Positions 10,067 through 18,908 of a DNA stretch of 64,000 bases are shown here, piece after piece. The DNA is taken from the NCBI GenBank assembly GCA_965204735.1, contig OZ242008.1, positions 576,001 through 640,000 of the forward strand, written 5' to 3'. Under the pieces are notes generated by a model that saw only the letters and a list, made by a program, of their open reading frames with translations, was not told where the DNA came from and searched no databases. Position 1 is the stretch's first letter. Each line of letters opens with the position of its first letter. The translations under genes were made by a program, and so were the position numbers. The DNA comes from Longimicrobiales bacterium (GTDB taxonomy: Bacteria > Gemmatimonadota > Gemmatimonadetes > Longimicrobiales > Gaopeijiaceae).

Positions 10067-12239
10067 GGAAGTCCTCGAAGAAGCTGCGCTGCAAGTCTCT
10101 GCTGGTCGCGACGTCAGTCAATTCCAGCAACTCCAGGACCCCTTCGACGGTGGCCAGATCGTCCATGGCGCGGCGGACGCGGGCAAGCTTCGTGCTCGTG
10201 GCGACTTGGGGGTCCCAAGTCTCACGAAGTGCCCACACCGCCATTCGCGTAATGTGCCCCAGGGCGATGCAACGTGTGTCGCCGGCGCTCGGTCGCACGT
10301 CGCCGGTCCGAAGCTGGACCAGGTCGGCGGCCACGAGTTGCGAGACTTCCTCTGGGCCGAACGCCAAGGTGCCCTCTGAGACAGGCGCGTCCTTGCGACA
10401 AACGAACACGGTGTCCACGATCGACGAACGGGTGCCGTTGATGTGTATCGAACCGCTCATCTCGGCAGGGCAGGGCAGTGTTGCCGTTGCGACGAGCCCA
10501 GCGTCTAGGATCGCCACGGCGACGGGGCAGTATGCGCTTGCTCGGTTGTGGTGGTAGGTAAACGCAAGAGGCGCTCCGGGCTTCAGTGCGTCGACCATTC
10601 GACCGTAGACCTTCGCCAAGCCCTCGGTGAAGTGCTCCAGGCCGCGACCCTCGGTTTGATTGCCCGTCAGTTCGCTGCGGCTTCGAGTAGAAGTTGGACG
10701 GAATTCGCCGTTTTTCGTCTTGGCCAGTCGCCGAAGCCAGACGTAGCAGAAGTCCATCAGCTCGGCGTACTGGACGCTGTCGTAGTACGGCGGATCGGTA
10801 AGGACCGCGTCCAGGGAATTCGGCGCAAGCGACGCGTGGGTCGCGCTGTCGCAAGCAAGGAGCGCAACGCGGCCCCCGGAGTCGTCGGTACGATCGTTGC
10901 CACAGATTTCGGCCTCGATCCGTTCGCCCGTCGTGTACACGCGGGTCCGGGAGCCGGCGGCGACCTCGAAGGGCCTGTCGCAGTAGTGCTTGGCCGTCTT
11001 GTACTTGTCCAAGATGTTGACCCATCCGCCGCTGCCCACAGCCTTCCCGCTTCGGTGCCGCGTCCCAAGCAGGTTGACTTCGCATCGCACAAGTCCCGTG
11101 GGAAAGCCGTGGACCGAGAACAAATCCAGGGCCTTCAGCGTTCGGGTGTCGTAGCGCACGAGCAAATTGTTGTAGCGCAGGAGATCCGACAAGTTGGTGG
11201 CCAAGGCGCGGTGGATGGCTGGATCGGATTCCGCCGCGACCAGGCGACAGCTTGTTTCCAGGCCGAGCAGCTGGCGGTCGTTGAACATCTCGCGGTAACG
11301 GCGATAGCCCCAGCGGTGCAGCCTTGTCGATTCGTCGCCCGGCGGAATTGCGTCGCCGGGCACGTAGCGTGGATCGATGCGCTGCCAGCGATTCTTGGCT
11401 TCGTCGTAGTTGGCCAGGTCCCGTGCGCTAGGCGTCTTGAAGAAGCGACCCCTGTGTCCCGCCCGGCAGTCGTGGCAGTGATACTCGATCGCAAACATGC
11501 GATGTTCCAGGGGTCCCTCCGTTGCCGCCGGAAACGAGTTGGAGGCGCCGCAATGGTCGCACTGGACGAGGCCTCGCCTAGCCGGTCCCTCCGTACGCAA
11601 CGACGCAGCGCAATGGGGGCATGGGCCGGGCGAGTTGCGATCGGCCACTTCGGCGAGACGGCCGCATCCGGCGCAGAGCAGGACGTTGCGGGGATGCCGG
11701 GCGTTGGTCGCGACCACATAGCCGGGAAAGAGATCGATCGGCCGATGGCACTCGGCGCACGGCTGGGTCTTCACCCATAGGAAGTACTTGACCGGTGCCG
11801 GGCCCTCGCACCGGCTGCATTCAGTTTTGTACAAACTGCCGATCTGGGACCGCAGGTTGCCCAGGAGTGCCCGCCCGGCTTCTTCGTAGGCGGCTACGTT
11901 CAGGCGTTCCAGCTCGCGTCCCACGATCCACCACGCCATCGGGTTGATGTCCCAACCGGCTATGTCCGCGCCCAGGCGGTTGGCTTCGACCAGCGGCGTG
12001 CCGCCGCCCATGAATGGATCGGCTATCCGCTTGTGGCGCAGGCTGTGGGACCGGAAGTAGCTGTCGCGAAGCCGAGAGTCCACGAACTCGGAAAGCAGAA
12101 GACCGCGAAAGAGTGTGCCGGGGCGCCGAGCGAACCACTTGTGCACGGCGATCACGGGTCGGTAGTTCTGCTGAATCGCCTTCTCCCGCAACGCCATGGC
12201 GGCAACGAAAGGCACGTCGAAGCGGTGCTCGATGCTCAT
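10056..12239 (-). CDS. Adenine-specific DNA methyltransferase with Zn-ribbon inserts (DUF1156-like)
   Basis: HKWFARRPG, DPFMGGGT (motif I), several CxxC pairs, TDPPY (motif IV), FTYHH; ATG 12239 overlaps the upstream TGA. Confidence 0.85.
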   Translation of the reverse strand: MSIEHRFDVPFVAAMALREKAIQQNYRPVIAVHKWFARRPGTLFRGLLLSEFVDSRLRDSYFRSHSLRHKRIADPFMGGGTPLVEANRLGADIAGWDINPMAWWIVGRELERLNVAAYEEAGRALLGNLRSQIGSLYKTECSRCEGPAPVKYFLWVKTQPCAECHRPIDLFPGYVVATNARHPRNVLLCAGCGRLAEVADRNSPGPCPHCAASLRTEGPARRGLVQCDHCGASNSFPAATEGPLEHRMFAIEYHCHDCRAGHRGRFFKTPSARDLANYDEAKNRWQRIDPRYVPGDAIPPGDESTRLHRWGYRRYREMFNDRQLLGLETSCRLVAAESDPAIHRALATNLSDLLRYNNLLVRYDTRTLKALDLFSVHGFPTGLVRCEVNLLGTRHRSGKAVGSGGWVNILDKYKTAKHYCDRPFEVAAGSRTRVYTTGERIEAEICGNDRTDDSGGRVALLACDSATHASLAPNSLDAVLTDPPYYDSVQYAELMDFCYVWLRRLAKTKNGEFRPTSTRSRSELTGNQTEGRGLEHFTEGLAKVYGRMVDALKPGAPLAFTYHHNRASAYCPVAVAILDAGLVATATLPCPAEMSGSIHINGTRSSIVDTVFVCRKDAPVSEGTLAFGPEEVSQLVAADLVQLRTGDVRPSAGDTRCIALGHITRMAVWALRETWDPQVATSTKLARVRRAMDDLATVEGVLELLELTDVATSRDLQRSFFEDFRGD

Positions 12240-13402
12240 GTCGCGGCACTCAGCTGCTGCACGATGTCCGGCAACGTGATCGCCTCCACACCGTGCCGCA
12301 GCGGGAAGCTCTCGTCGCCGGCGTGAACGACGTACTTGCGTGTCGGCCGAAGGTCGTCGCATGCCGCATGGAAGCCGCGGGACACGGACGGGGCCGAGCT
12401 TCGCTTTACCTCGATCGCCCACAGCTTGCTCGCGCCCAGGTCGAGCGTGAGGTCGATCTCCGCGCCGCTTCGCGTGCGGTAATGGCCCCACTGGGCGTGT
12501 GCCGGGGCGGCGCCGAGTATGCTCTCCACGACGAACTCCTCCCAGCTTCCGCCGACGACGGGATGGCCCAAGAGGGAATCGTAGGACTCGATCCCCAGCA
12601 GGGCGTGGCAGACGCCGCTGTCCCGCAGGTAGGTCTTGGGGGCCTTGACTAGGTGCTTGCCGACGTTGCTGGACCACGAGGGAAGGCGGCGCATGAGCAG
12701 CAAGTCCACCATGAGGTCCAGATAGCGGCCGACCGTGACGCCCTTCACGCCAAGGCTGCGTGCCAGCTGGGCGGCGTTGAACGTTCGACCTTGGTTGTGG
12801 GCCAGCATCGTCCAGAAGCGGCGGAGCGTCTCGCTCGGTATGCGGGGGCCGAGGGCGGGGATGTCGCGCTCCAGATACGTCGCCACGAAGTCGAAGCGCC
12901 ACTCGAAGCTGGTGCGGTCGTCGTCGGCCAGGAAGCTCTCGGGCAGGCCGCCTCGCAGCCAGAGTTGGTCCCGCGCGTCTGGAGGAATCTCGCGGATGTT
13001 CAGCGGCCGAAGCTCGAAGTGGGCGACGCGGCCGGCCAGGGTCTCGCCCGACTGCCGGAGAAGGTCCAAGGACGCGGAGCCCAGGAACAGGAAGTGTCCC
13101 GTCGGTCGGCCCTCGCGTCTGCGTTCGTCGATGATGCTGCGCAATGGCTGGAAGAGCCCGGGCATCCTGTGGATCTCGTCGAAGACCACCAGCCGGTCGG
13201 CGTGGCGAGCGCAGTAGTCTTCGATGCTTGCGAGCTTTGCGGCGTCGCTGGGCCGCTCCAGGTCAAGGTAGGCCGCGTCCCGCTCCCGGGCGATTTCGAG
13301 GGCGAGGGTCGTCTTGCCCACCTGGCGGGTGCCCGTGAGCACGACGGCGGGCGCGCGGTCCAGCATTCCCTGGACGACCGCCTTGGCTTGGCGCGGGATC
13401 AT
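12236..13402 (-). CDS. AAA ATPase with DUF4143 domain and C-terminal nuclease-like motif
   Basis: GTRQVGKTT Walker A, VFDEIH Walker B, GETLAGR, PKTYLRDSG, EIDL...IEVK. Confidence 0.9.
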   Translation of the reverse strand: MIPRQAKAVVQGMLDRAPAVVLTGTRQVGKTTLALEIARERDAAYLDLERPSDAAKLASIEDYCARHADRLVVFDEIHRMPGLFQPLRSIIDERRREGRPTGHFLFLGSASLDLLRQSGETLAGRVAHFELRPLNIREIPPDARDQLWLRGGLPESFLADDDRTSFEWRFDFVATYLERDIPALGPRIPSETLRRFWTMLAHNQGRTFNAAQLARSLGVKGVTVGRYLDLMVDLLLMRRLPSWSSNVGKHLVKAPKTYLRDSGVCHALLGIESYDSLLGHPVVGGSWEEFVVESILGAAPAHAQWGHYRTRSGAEIDLTLDLGASKLWAIEVKRSSAPSVSRGFHAACDDLRPTRKYVVHAGDESFPLRHGVEAITLPDIVQQLSAAT

Positions 13403-13432
13403 GAACCCTCCTCCGAGGCTGGCTCGACAAGA

Positions 13433-13465
13433 AGGCAAATGTAACATGCCGTGTGCGATTTGCCT
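13433..13465. promoter_or_regulatory. Inverted repeat, candidate operator upstream of the AAA-DUF4143 operon
   Basis: AGGCAAAT (13433-13440), 17 bp, ATTTGCCT (13458-13465); overlaps a minus-strand TACATT -10-like hexamer. Confidence 0.45.
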
Positions 13466-13568
13466 GGTTCAGGTCTATTGCACGGCTTTCCGCCGACGCT
13501 CCTCCGGCCCCTCGCAACGCACAGCGTTCTGGCTGGCCGACGCGCTTCGCGACCGCGCCTCGCGATTA

Positions 13569-15068
13569 CTACGAGGACGGCGCGAGGTCCCTGAAGAAGA
13601 TCGCCGCGACCTCCTTCGGCGGCGGAGGCGTCGCCAAGCTCACCGACACCAGCAGGGCCAGCGAGACGAAGGGGCCGACCAGCGCCGGCCACAGCCCCCC
13701 GATCCAGTTGTCGAAGCTGCCGTGCTGCGCGTATCCGAGAGCATACCAGAGCACGCACGTCGCCGCGCCGCCGAGCATCGCCGCGATTCCGCCTTCCTTG
13801 GTCGCGCGGGGCCACCACACCCCCAGCAGGAGGGGGAAGGTGAAGGCGGAGGCCATCAGGCTGAACGACATCGTCACGATCCAGAGAATGGTGGCCGGCG
13901 GGTCGACGGCGACGAGGACGGCGACCAGCCCGATTCCCAGCGTCGTCAGGCGGGCCAGCTTCAGGCCCCGCTTCGGCGTCACCGTCCGCCTGGCGAGAGG
14001 GGCGTACAAGTTCTCGACGACCAACGAGCTGGCCAGCAGCAGGATCGAGTCGATTGTGGACATTGTGGCGCCCAGCACGGCGGCGACGATGATCCCGCCG
14101 AAGACGGGGTGCAGCAGCGCGCGCACCAAGGTGGGCAACGCCATGTCCGTCTGTTCCAGGGAAGGGAGAAGCACGCCCGACGATATCGCGATCAGCGTGG
14201 AAGTGGCGAAGATGAACGACGAGAAAGCGATGGAGAAGACCAAGGCGCGCTTCAGCGTGCGTTCGCTCTCGGGGATCAGGAACCGGGTGACGGCCGCCGG
14301 CGCGCCTCCGATCTGGAAGAACCCCCACGCCAGGAACGACGACACGACCCAGAGCGCGGGCATGCCGCCCAGAAAGGAAATGCTCTCGGGGTTCAGCTGC
14401 GCGTAGCGAAGGTGCATCTCGCCGAACCCGCCCGCGGCGCTCACCGCCATCGGCGCCAGGACCGCGAACCCGACGATCATGATCGTGCCCTGCAATAGAT
14501 CGGTGGCCGCGACGGCCCGCATTCCGCCGATCACGGTGTACAGGATCACGATGCCGCCGAAGACGACCAGGCCGATCAGGTACGGCAACTCCAGCAGCAC
14601 CTGAAAGAGGTTGGCGGCGGCCTTGAGCTGGGCTGCGATCAAGGGCACGAACGCCAGGAGCATGAGCGCCGTGGCGAGAGTCGCGACCGTCCGACCGTAG
14701 TACCGCGCCTGCAGCACGTCCACGATCGTCGTGCAGCGGATGCGAGACGCAACCCGCCGCAACCGTTCGCCCAGCAGGATGTACGTGAACCACGGCGCGG
14801 CGGCAGACGACACGCCTCCCGGCGCGAAGTTGTACCCCAGCACCCGCTCGGTCCCGACGGCGCCCATGTAGGAGCTTCCGCTCATCTGGGTGGCCGAGTA
14901 CGAGAAGCCCAGCGTGGCGGGTCCGAGCTCGCCCCGGGCCAGGAAGTACTGCTCCCGCGACCTGGTGCGTCGGTTGAACCAAAGCCCCAGTCCCATGAGC
15001 CCGGCGAAGTAGAGCGCCAGGATCGCCGTGTACAGGGTCGTCTCGGAGAACAGGGCCCCTTCGGACAT
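13569..15068 (-). CDS. Sodium:solute symporter (PutP/PanF-like)
   Basis: YFLARG, SATQMSGSSYMG, YTVIGGMRAVAATDLLQG, GATMSTIDS, about 13 TM segments. Confidence 0.9.
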   Translation of the reverse strand: MSEGALFSETTLYTAILALYFAGLMGLGLWFNRRTRSREQYFLARGELGPATLGFSYSATQMSGSSYMGAVGTERVLGYNFAPGGVSSAAAPWFTYILLGERLRRVASRIRCTTIVDVLQARYYGRTVATLATALMLLAFVPLIAAQLKAAANLFQVLLELPYLIGLVVFGGIVILYTVIGGMRAVAATDLLQGTIMIVGFAVLAPMAVSAAGGFGEMHLRYAQLNPESISFLGGMPALWVVSSFLAWGFFQIGGAPAAVTRFLIPESERTLKRALVFSIAFSSFIFATSTLIAISSGVLLPSLEQTDMALPTLVRALLHPVFGGIIVAAVLGATMSTIDSILLLASSLVVENLYAPLARRTVTPKRGLKLARLTTLGIGLVAVLVAVDPPATILWIVTMSFSLMASAFTFPLLLGVWWPRATKEGGIAAMLGGAATCVLWYALGYAQHGSFDNWIGGLWPALVGPFVSLALLVSVSLATPPPPKEVAAIFFRDLAPSS

Positions 15069-15091
15069 TGCCTTGCCCGCGCCGGACCCCG

Positions 15092-15352
15092 TCAGCGACC
15101 CGTTCGGGCGTGGAAGAGCGCGGCGGTGACCACGTACAGGTAGCCGCCGTACACGACGGTCCACACGCCCCAGTCCAGGTTCCCCGGCCCAGCCGGCCAC
15201 TCGACGACCAGGCCGACGCTCCCGCCGATCAGGAACACGCCCATGAGGACGAGGGAAACGACCGGGACGCGATAGCCCGCCCGCTGGCCGTCCAGGACCA
15301 GCTCGCCGTCGCCGTCCAGCTCGCCGTCGCCGCCTGCCGACCCGCCCGTCAC
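15092..15352 (-). CDS. Small 2-TM membrane protein, probable symporter accessory subunit
   Basis: 86 aa with two hydrophobic helices; GTG overlaps the dipeptidase TGA; lies just upstream of the symporter gene. Confidence 0.55.
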   Translation of the reverse strand: MTGGSAGGDGELDGDGELVLDGQRAGYRVPVVSLVLMGVFLIGGSVGLVVEWPAGPGNLDWGVWTVVYGGYLYVVTAALFHARTGR

Positions 15353-16572
15353 TGCCACACCTCGTCCAGCACGCGCAGGATGTTGCCGCCCAGCGCCTTC
15401 GCGATGTCCTCCTCGCCGTACCGGTGCTTCACCAGCCAGCGAAGGATGTTCTTCGACGCCTCGGTGGGGTTCTCGACGCCCCGCACGTACTCCACCGGCA
15501 CGTGTCGCGGGGACCCGTCGCCCGACCCGCCGCCCGCCTGCGTCTCGTCGATGGAGAGCGCCTCGGCGTAAACCTTGTGCAGCGCCACGTGGTCGCCGTA
15601 GAGCGTGTCCGGACCGAACGCCACGTGGTCGATCCCCACCAAGTCCTTCACGTACTCGAAGTGCTCCATGAACGACTCGATGTCGTGCCGAGGACGTCGC
15701 TCGGTCACGGTCGTGTGGGGCGCCGCCTCGATTCCGATCACGCCGCCATTCTCCGCCACCGCCTTGATCACGTCGTCGGGCGCGAGCCGCCGGATCTTCC
15801 ACAGCCCTCGGGCGCCGGTGTGGGTCAGGAAGATCGGGTGCCGGCTGGCTTCGGCCACGTCCAGCGTCGTCTGGTCGCTGGAGTGGGCGCAGTCGATCGC
15901 CATCCCGACCTCGTTCATCCGCGCGACCGCCTTTCGTCCGAACGAGGTCAGCCCCCCGTCCCGCGCTTCCTTGAGCCCGGTGCCCAGCGCGTTCGACTCG
16001 CTGTAGGTGATCCCAAGCACCCGCAACCCGATTCCGTAGAGGATCTCGATCCGGTCGAGTTCGTTCTCGACCATTGCCGCGCCCTCCTGCGCCGCAACCA
16101 GCGCGATCCGCCCCTCCCGGTGCGCGCGGTGGATGTCCGCCGTCGTCTCGCACTTGATCAGGAAGTCCTGGTGCGCCAGGTCGCAGAGGCGCATCCCCAT
16201 GTCGTAGATCACGTCGTCCCACTTCCAGCCGCTCTTCGACGTGATGCACGCCGCCCCGTCCAGGAAGTTGTCGAACACGCAGTCCCAGTAGGAGTCGGCC
16301 AGCGCCTCGTACGCGGTGTGGACGCGCCCCTCCGAGTCGTAGCGCCGAATCTGCCCCGGATCCGCCGGAAACAGGTGGGGATGCTCGTGAAGGGAGATCA
16401 TCACGAGCCGGTCGGCCAACTCCAGCACGCGCTCCTCTTCTTCCTGCGCAAGAGGGACCAGATGCGGCTCGAAGGGGGATTCGCCCTCGATCAGCTCGTA
16501 GTCGCCGAAGTCCCGCGTCTCCTTCAGGTAGTCGAACGAACGGTATCCCGAGTACTGCTTGTCGAGGCCCAT
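15349..16572 (-). CDS. Membrane dipeptidase family (peptidase M19)
   Basis: SLHEH, AQEG, ITYSESN, GGLTSFGRKAVARMNEVGMAIDCAH, THTG, GIDHVAFGPD. Confidence 0.88.
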   Translation of the reverse strand: MGLDKQYSGYRSFDYLKETRDFGDYELIEGESPFEPHLVPLAQEEEERVLELADRLVMISLHEHPHLFPADPGQIRRYDSEGRVHTAYEALADSYWDCVFDNFLDGAACITSKSGWKWDDVIYDMGMRLCDLAHQDFLIKCETTADIHRAHREGRIALVAAQEGAAMVENELDRIEILYGIGLRVLGITYSESNALGTGLKEARDGGLTSFGRKAVARMNEVGMAIDCAHSSDQTTLDVAEASRHPIFLTHTGARGLWKIRRLAPDDVIKAVAENGGVIGIEAAPHTTVTERRPRHDIESFMEHFEYVKDLVGIDHVAFGPDTLYGDHVALHKVYAEALSIDETQAGGGSGDGSPRHVPVEYVRGVENPTEASKNILRWLVKHRYGEEDIAKALGGNILRVLDEVWQ

Positions 16573-16783
16573 GGGGCGTCGGCTCCTTGCCGGGGGTGGA
16601 CGTTGGCGCTGGGGAGCGGATGTTGGGGATGTCGAGAACGTGGATCGACTCGACGCCGGAGCCGGGAACGGCGGAGACGGGCGCCGGCGTGTGCGAAGGG
16701 TCCAGGCAATAGATCGCTGGGACGTTCCCGCCACAACCCGCCGAGAGCCGGGACTACCCCTGGTCCCCGTCTGTTTCCGGGGC

Positions 16784-16873
16784 GTGCCCCCCAAGTGCTC
16801 GCGGGCGCGCCTCGGCATCGACGTGCCGTGGCCGGTCGTCTTGGGTGCCCCAGCAAGCGCTCGCGGGCGCGCC
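16784..16873. repeat. 28/29-bp direct repeat pair, 33-bp intervening sequence, 61-bp period
   Basis: GTGCCCCCCAAGTGCTCGCGGGCGCGCC (16784-16811) and GTGCCCCAGCAAGCGCTCGCGGGCGCGCC (16845-16873); partial third copy to 16886. Confidence 0.75.
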
Positions 16874-16899
16874 CCCCAAGCGCTCGTTAGCTTCCCGGA

Positions 16900-17808
16900 A
16901 TGACGGAAACCGCCCTCGCCTCCAACGCCGCCTTCCTCGCCGACAACGTCTTTGCCGCCAAGTCCGTCGTCGCGACGCTGGTCCTGGGGGTTCTTTGGCT
17001 GCTGGAAGGGCTCGTTCCCATGTTCGAGGGCCGTCGCGAGCGCGCCCGGCACGGCGCCGCCAACGTGGTGCTGGGCGTGGGCAACGCCGCCGTCGCGGCC
17101 TTGGTCTTCGCAGGCGCCACCCTGGTCGCGACCGAGTGGGCCCGGGCCGGCTCCTTCGGCGTCCTCCACTGGCTGGGCGTGGCCGGCGTCTGGGGCTACG
17201 CCGCCGGCTTCGTCCTGCTGGACCTCTGGCAGTACCTCTGGCACCGCCTGAACCACCGCGTCCCGTTCCTCTGGCGCTTCCACGCCGTGCATCATGCGGA
17301 CCGGGAGATGGACGCCACCTCCGGTCTCCGCTTCCACACCGGCGAGATCGTGTTGTCGTCCGCAGCCCGGCTGGCCGTCCTGCCCCTTCTGGGAATGACT
17401 GTCGCGCAAGTGCTGGTCTACGAGGCGGCGCTGCTTCCGGTCGTCTTCTTTCACCACAGCAACGTCCGACTTTCGGCGCACGCCGACCGTTCCCTGCGCT
17501 GGCTCGTAGTCACCCCCTGGATGCACTGGGTGCACCACTCCAACCATCAACCCGAAACCGACTCCAACTACTCCAGCGTGTTCTCGTTCTGGGACCGGCT
17601 CTTCGGCAGCTTCCGACTGGTCGGCGACCCCCGGCGGCTCACCCTGGGCCTGGACCACCCCGACCGCCGCGAGTGGGCCACGTTGCCCGGAATGCTGGCG
17701 ATGCCCTTCCGCAGGGGAGGACGCCGGCGGCCTGCTCAGCAAAGGAGAAGCGGCGAGCCGAGTCCGGAGCGGCCCTTGCGCGCAACCAGCAAGGCCGAAG
17801 AGCAGTGA
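16900..17808 (+). CDS. Sterol desaturase / fatty acid hydroxylase family membrane protein
   Basis: His boxes YLWHRLNH, FHAVHH, FHHSN, HWVHHS; NYSSVFSFWDRLFG. Confidence 0.88.
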   Translation: MTETALASNAAFLADNVFAAKSVVATLVLGVLWLLEGLVPMFEGRRERARHGAANVVLGVGNAAVAALVFAGATLVATEWARAGSFGVLHWLGVAGVWGYAAGFVLLDLWQYLWHRLNHRVPFLWRFHAVHHADREMDATSGLRFHTGEIVLSSAARLAVLPLLGMTVAQVLVYEAALLPVVFFHHSNVRLSAHADRSLRWLVVTPWMHWVHHSNHQPETDSNYSSVFSFWDRLFGSFRLVGDPRRLTLGLDHPDRREWATLPGMLAMPFRRGGRRRPAQQRRSGEPSPERPLRATSKAEEQ

Positions 17809-18908
17809 AGGAAGTCCGCGTCTTCGCGCCGGCCACCGTCTCCAACATCGGCTGCGGCTACGACGTCTTCGGCATGGCGCTGAAGGGACCGGGCGACGTG
17901 GTGTCGGCGCGCATTGCGGAAGGGAAGGGGGTCGTCTCGGTTTCGGTGTCCGGCGACGGCGGACGCGTGCCGGCGGACCCGGCTCGGAACTGCGCGGCGG
18001 TGGCGGCCCAGGCGGTGATGGACCGGCTCGCAGGTGGACGTGGGACGGCGCCGCCTTCCGCTCCGCCCGGCGCCCCCCGGGTCGGCGTGGCTCTGGAAGT
18101 GCGCAAGGGGCTTCCCCTGGCGTCGGGACTGGGCGGGAGCGCGGCCAGCGCAGTCGCCGGGGCCGTGGCGGCGGACGCGCTCCTGGGCGGTGGACTCGAC
18201 CGAACGGCCCTTCTCGAATGCGCCATGACCGGCGAGCGGCATGGCTCGGGGGCTACCCACGCCGACAACGTCGCGCCGGCGCTGGCCGGGGGGTTCGTCC
18301 TGGTGCCGCCCGGCGAGCCCCTTCGGATCGTCCAGCTGCCGACGCCGGCCGAACTCGTGGCCGCGGTCGTGCGTCCGCACATGGAAGTGGAGACGGCGAA
18401 GGCCCGTGCGCTGCTGGGCGACGCAATAGCCCTGTCGGCCGGCATCCGGCAGTGGGGGAACGCGGCGGGTCTCGTGGCCGGACTGTACGCGGAGGACTGG
18501 GAGCTGCTGGGCCGCTGCATCGAGGACGCGGTGGCGGAGCCTGCCAGGGCGCAGCTGGTTCCCGGATTCGAGACGGCGAAGCGACGCGCGCTGGAGGCCG
18601 GCGCGGTGGGCGCAGGTCTGTCTGGTTCCGGGCCTTCCGTATTCGCCTTCTGCAGGGGACGGTCGGCCGCCCGAAAAGCGGCTGGAGCCATGGCCGACGC
18701 CTTCCGCGACGAAGCAGGCGTCGACGCGGACGTGATCGTCTCGCCGCCGAGCCCGGTGGGTGCGAGGGTGCTGGGAACCGCCGCTCGCTCCGGCACCCTG
18801 TCCGGAGCCGCGCCGGCGGCCGGGGACGCATCCGCCGAGCTGCCGTCCGCCGGCGCCGCGAGCGCCGGGGCGCCGTCCGCCAGCGCGGGAGCGGTCGCAG
18901 GCGGGTGA
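17805..18908 (+). CDS. thrB: Homoserine kinase
   Basis: APATVSNIGCGYDVFG, PLASGLGGSAAS (GHMP motif), HADNVAP, LSGSGPS; low-complexity C-terminal tail. Confidence 0.92.
   Translation: MKEVRVFAPATVSNIGCGYDVFGMALKGPGDVVSARIAEGKGVVSVSVSGDGGRVPADPARNCAAVAAQAVMDRLAGGRGTAPPSAPPGAPRVGVALEVRKGLPLASGLGGSAASAVAGAVAADALLGGGLDRTALLECAMTGERHGSGATHADNVAPALAGGFVLVPPGEPLRIVQLPTPAELVAAVVRPHMEVETAKARALLGDAIALSAGIRQWGNAAGLVAGLYAEDWELLGRCIEDAVAEPARAQLVPGFETAKRRALEAGAVGAGLSGSGPSVFAFCRGRSAARKAAGAMADAFRDEAGVDADVIVSPPSPVGARVLGTAARSGTLSGAAPAAGDASAELPSAGAASAGAPSASAGAVAGG

Noticed and set aside
12240..12902. N-terminal 221 aa of the 948-aa methylase ORF as a fusion
   Set aside because: Overlaps the AAA-DUF4143 gene in another frame; ATG 12239 overlapping its stop is the natural start
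9026..13402. BREX or DISARM system
   Set aside because: No PglZ, BrxC, Lon-like, helicase or phospholipase D genes adjacent
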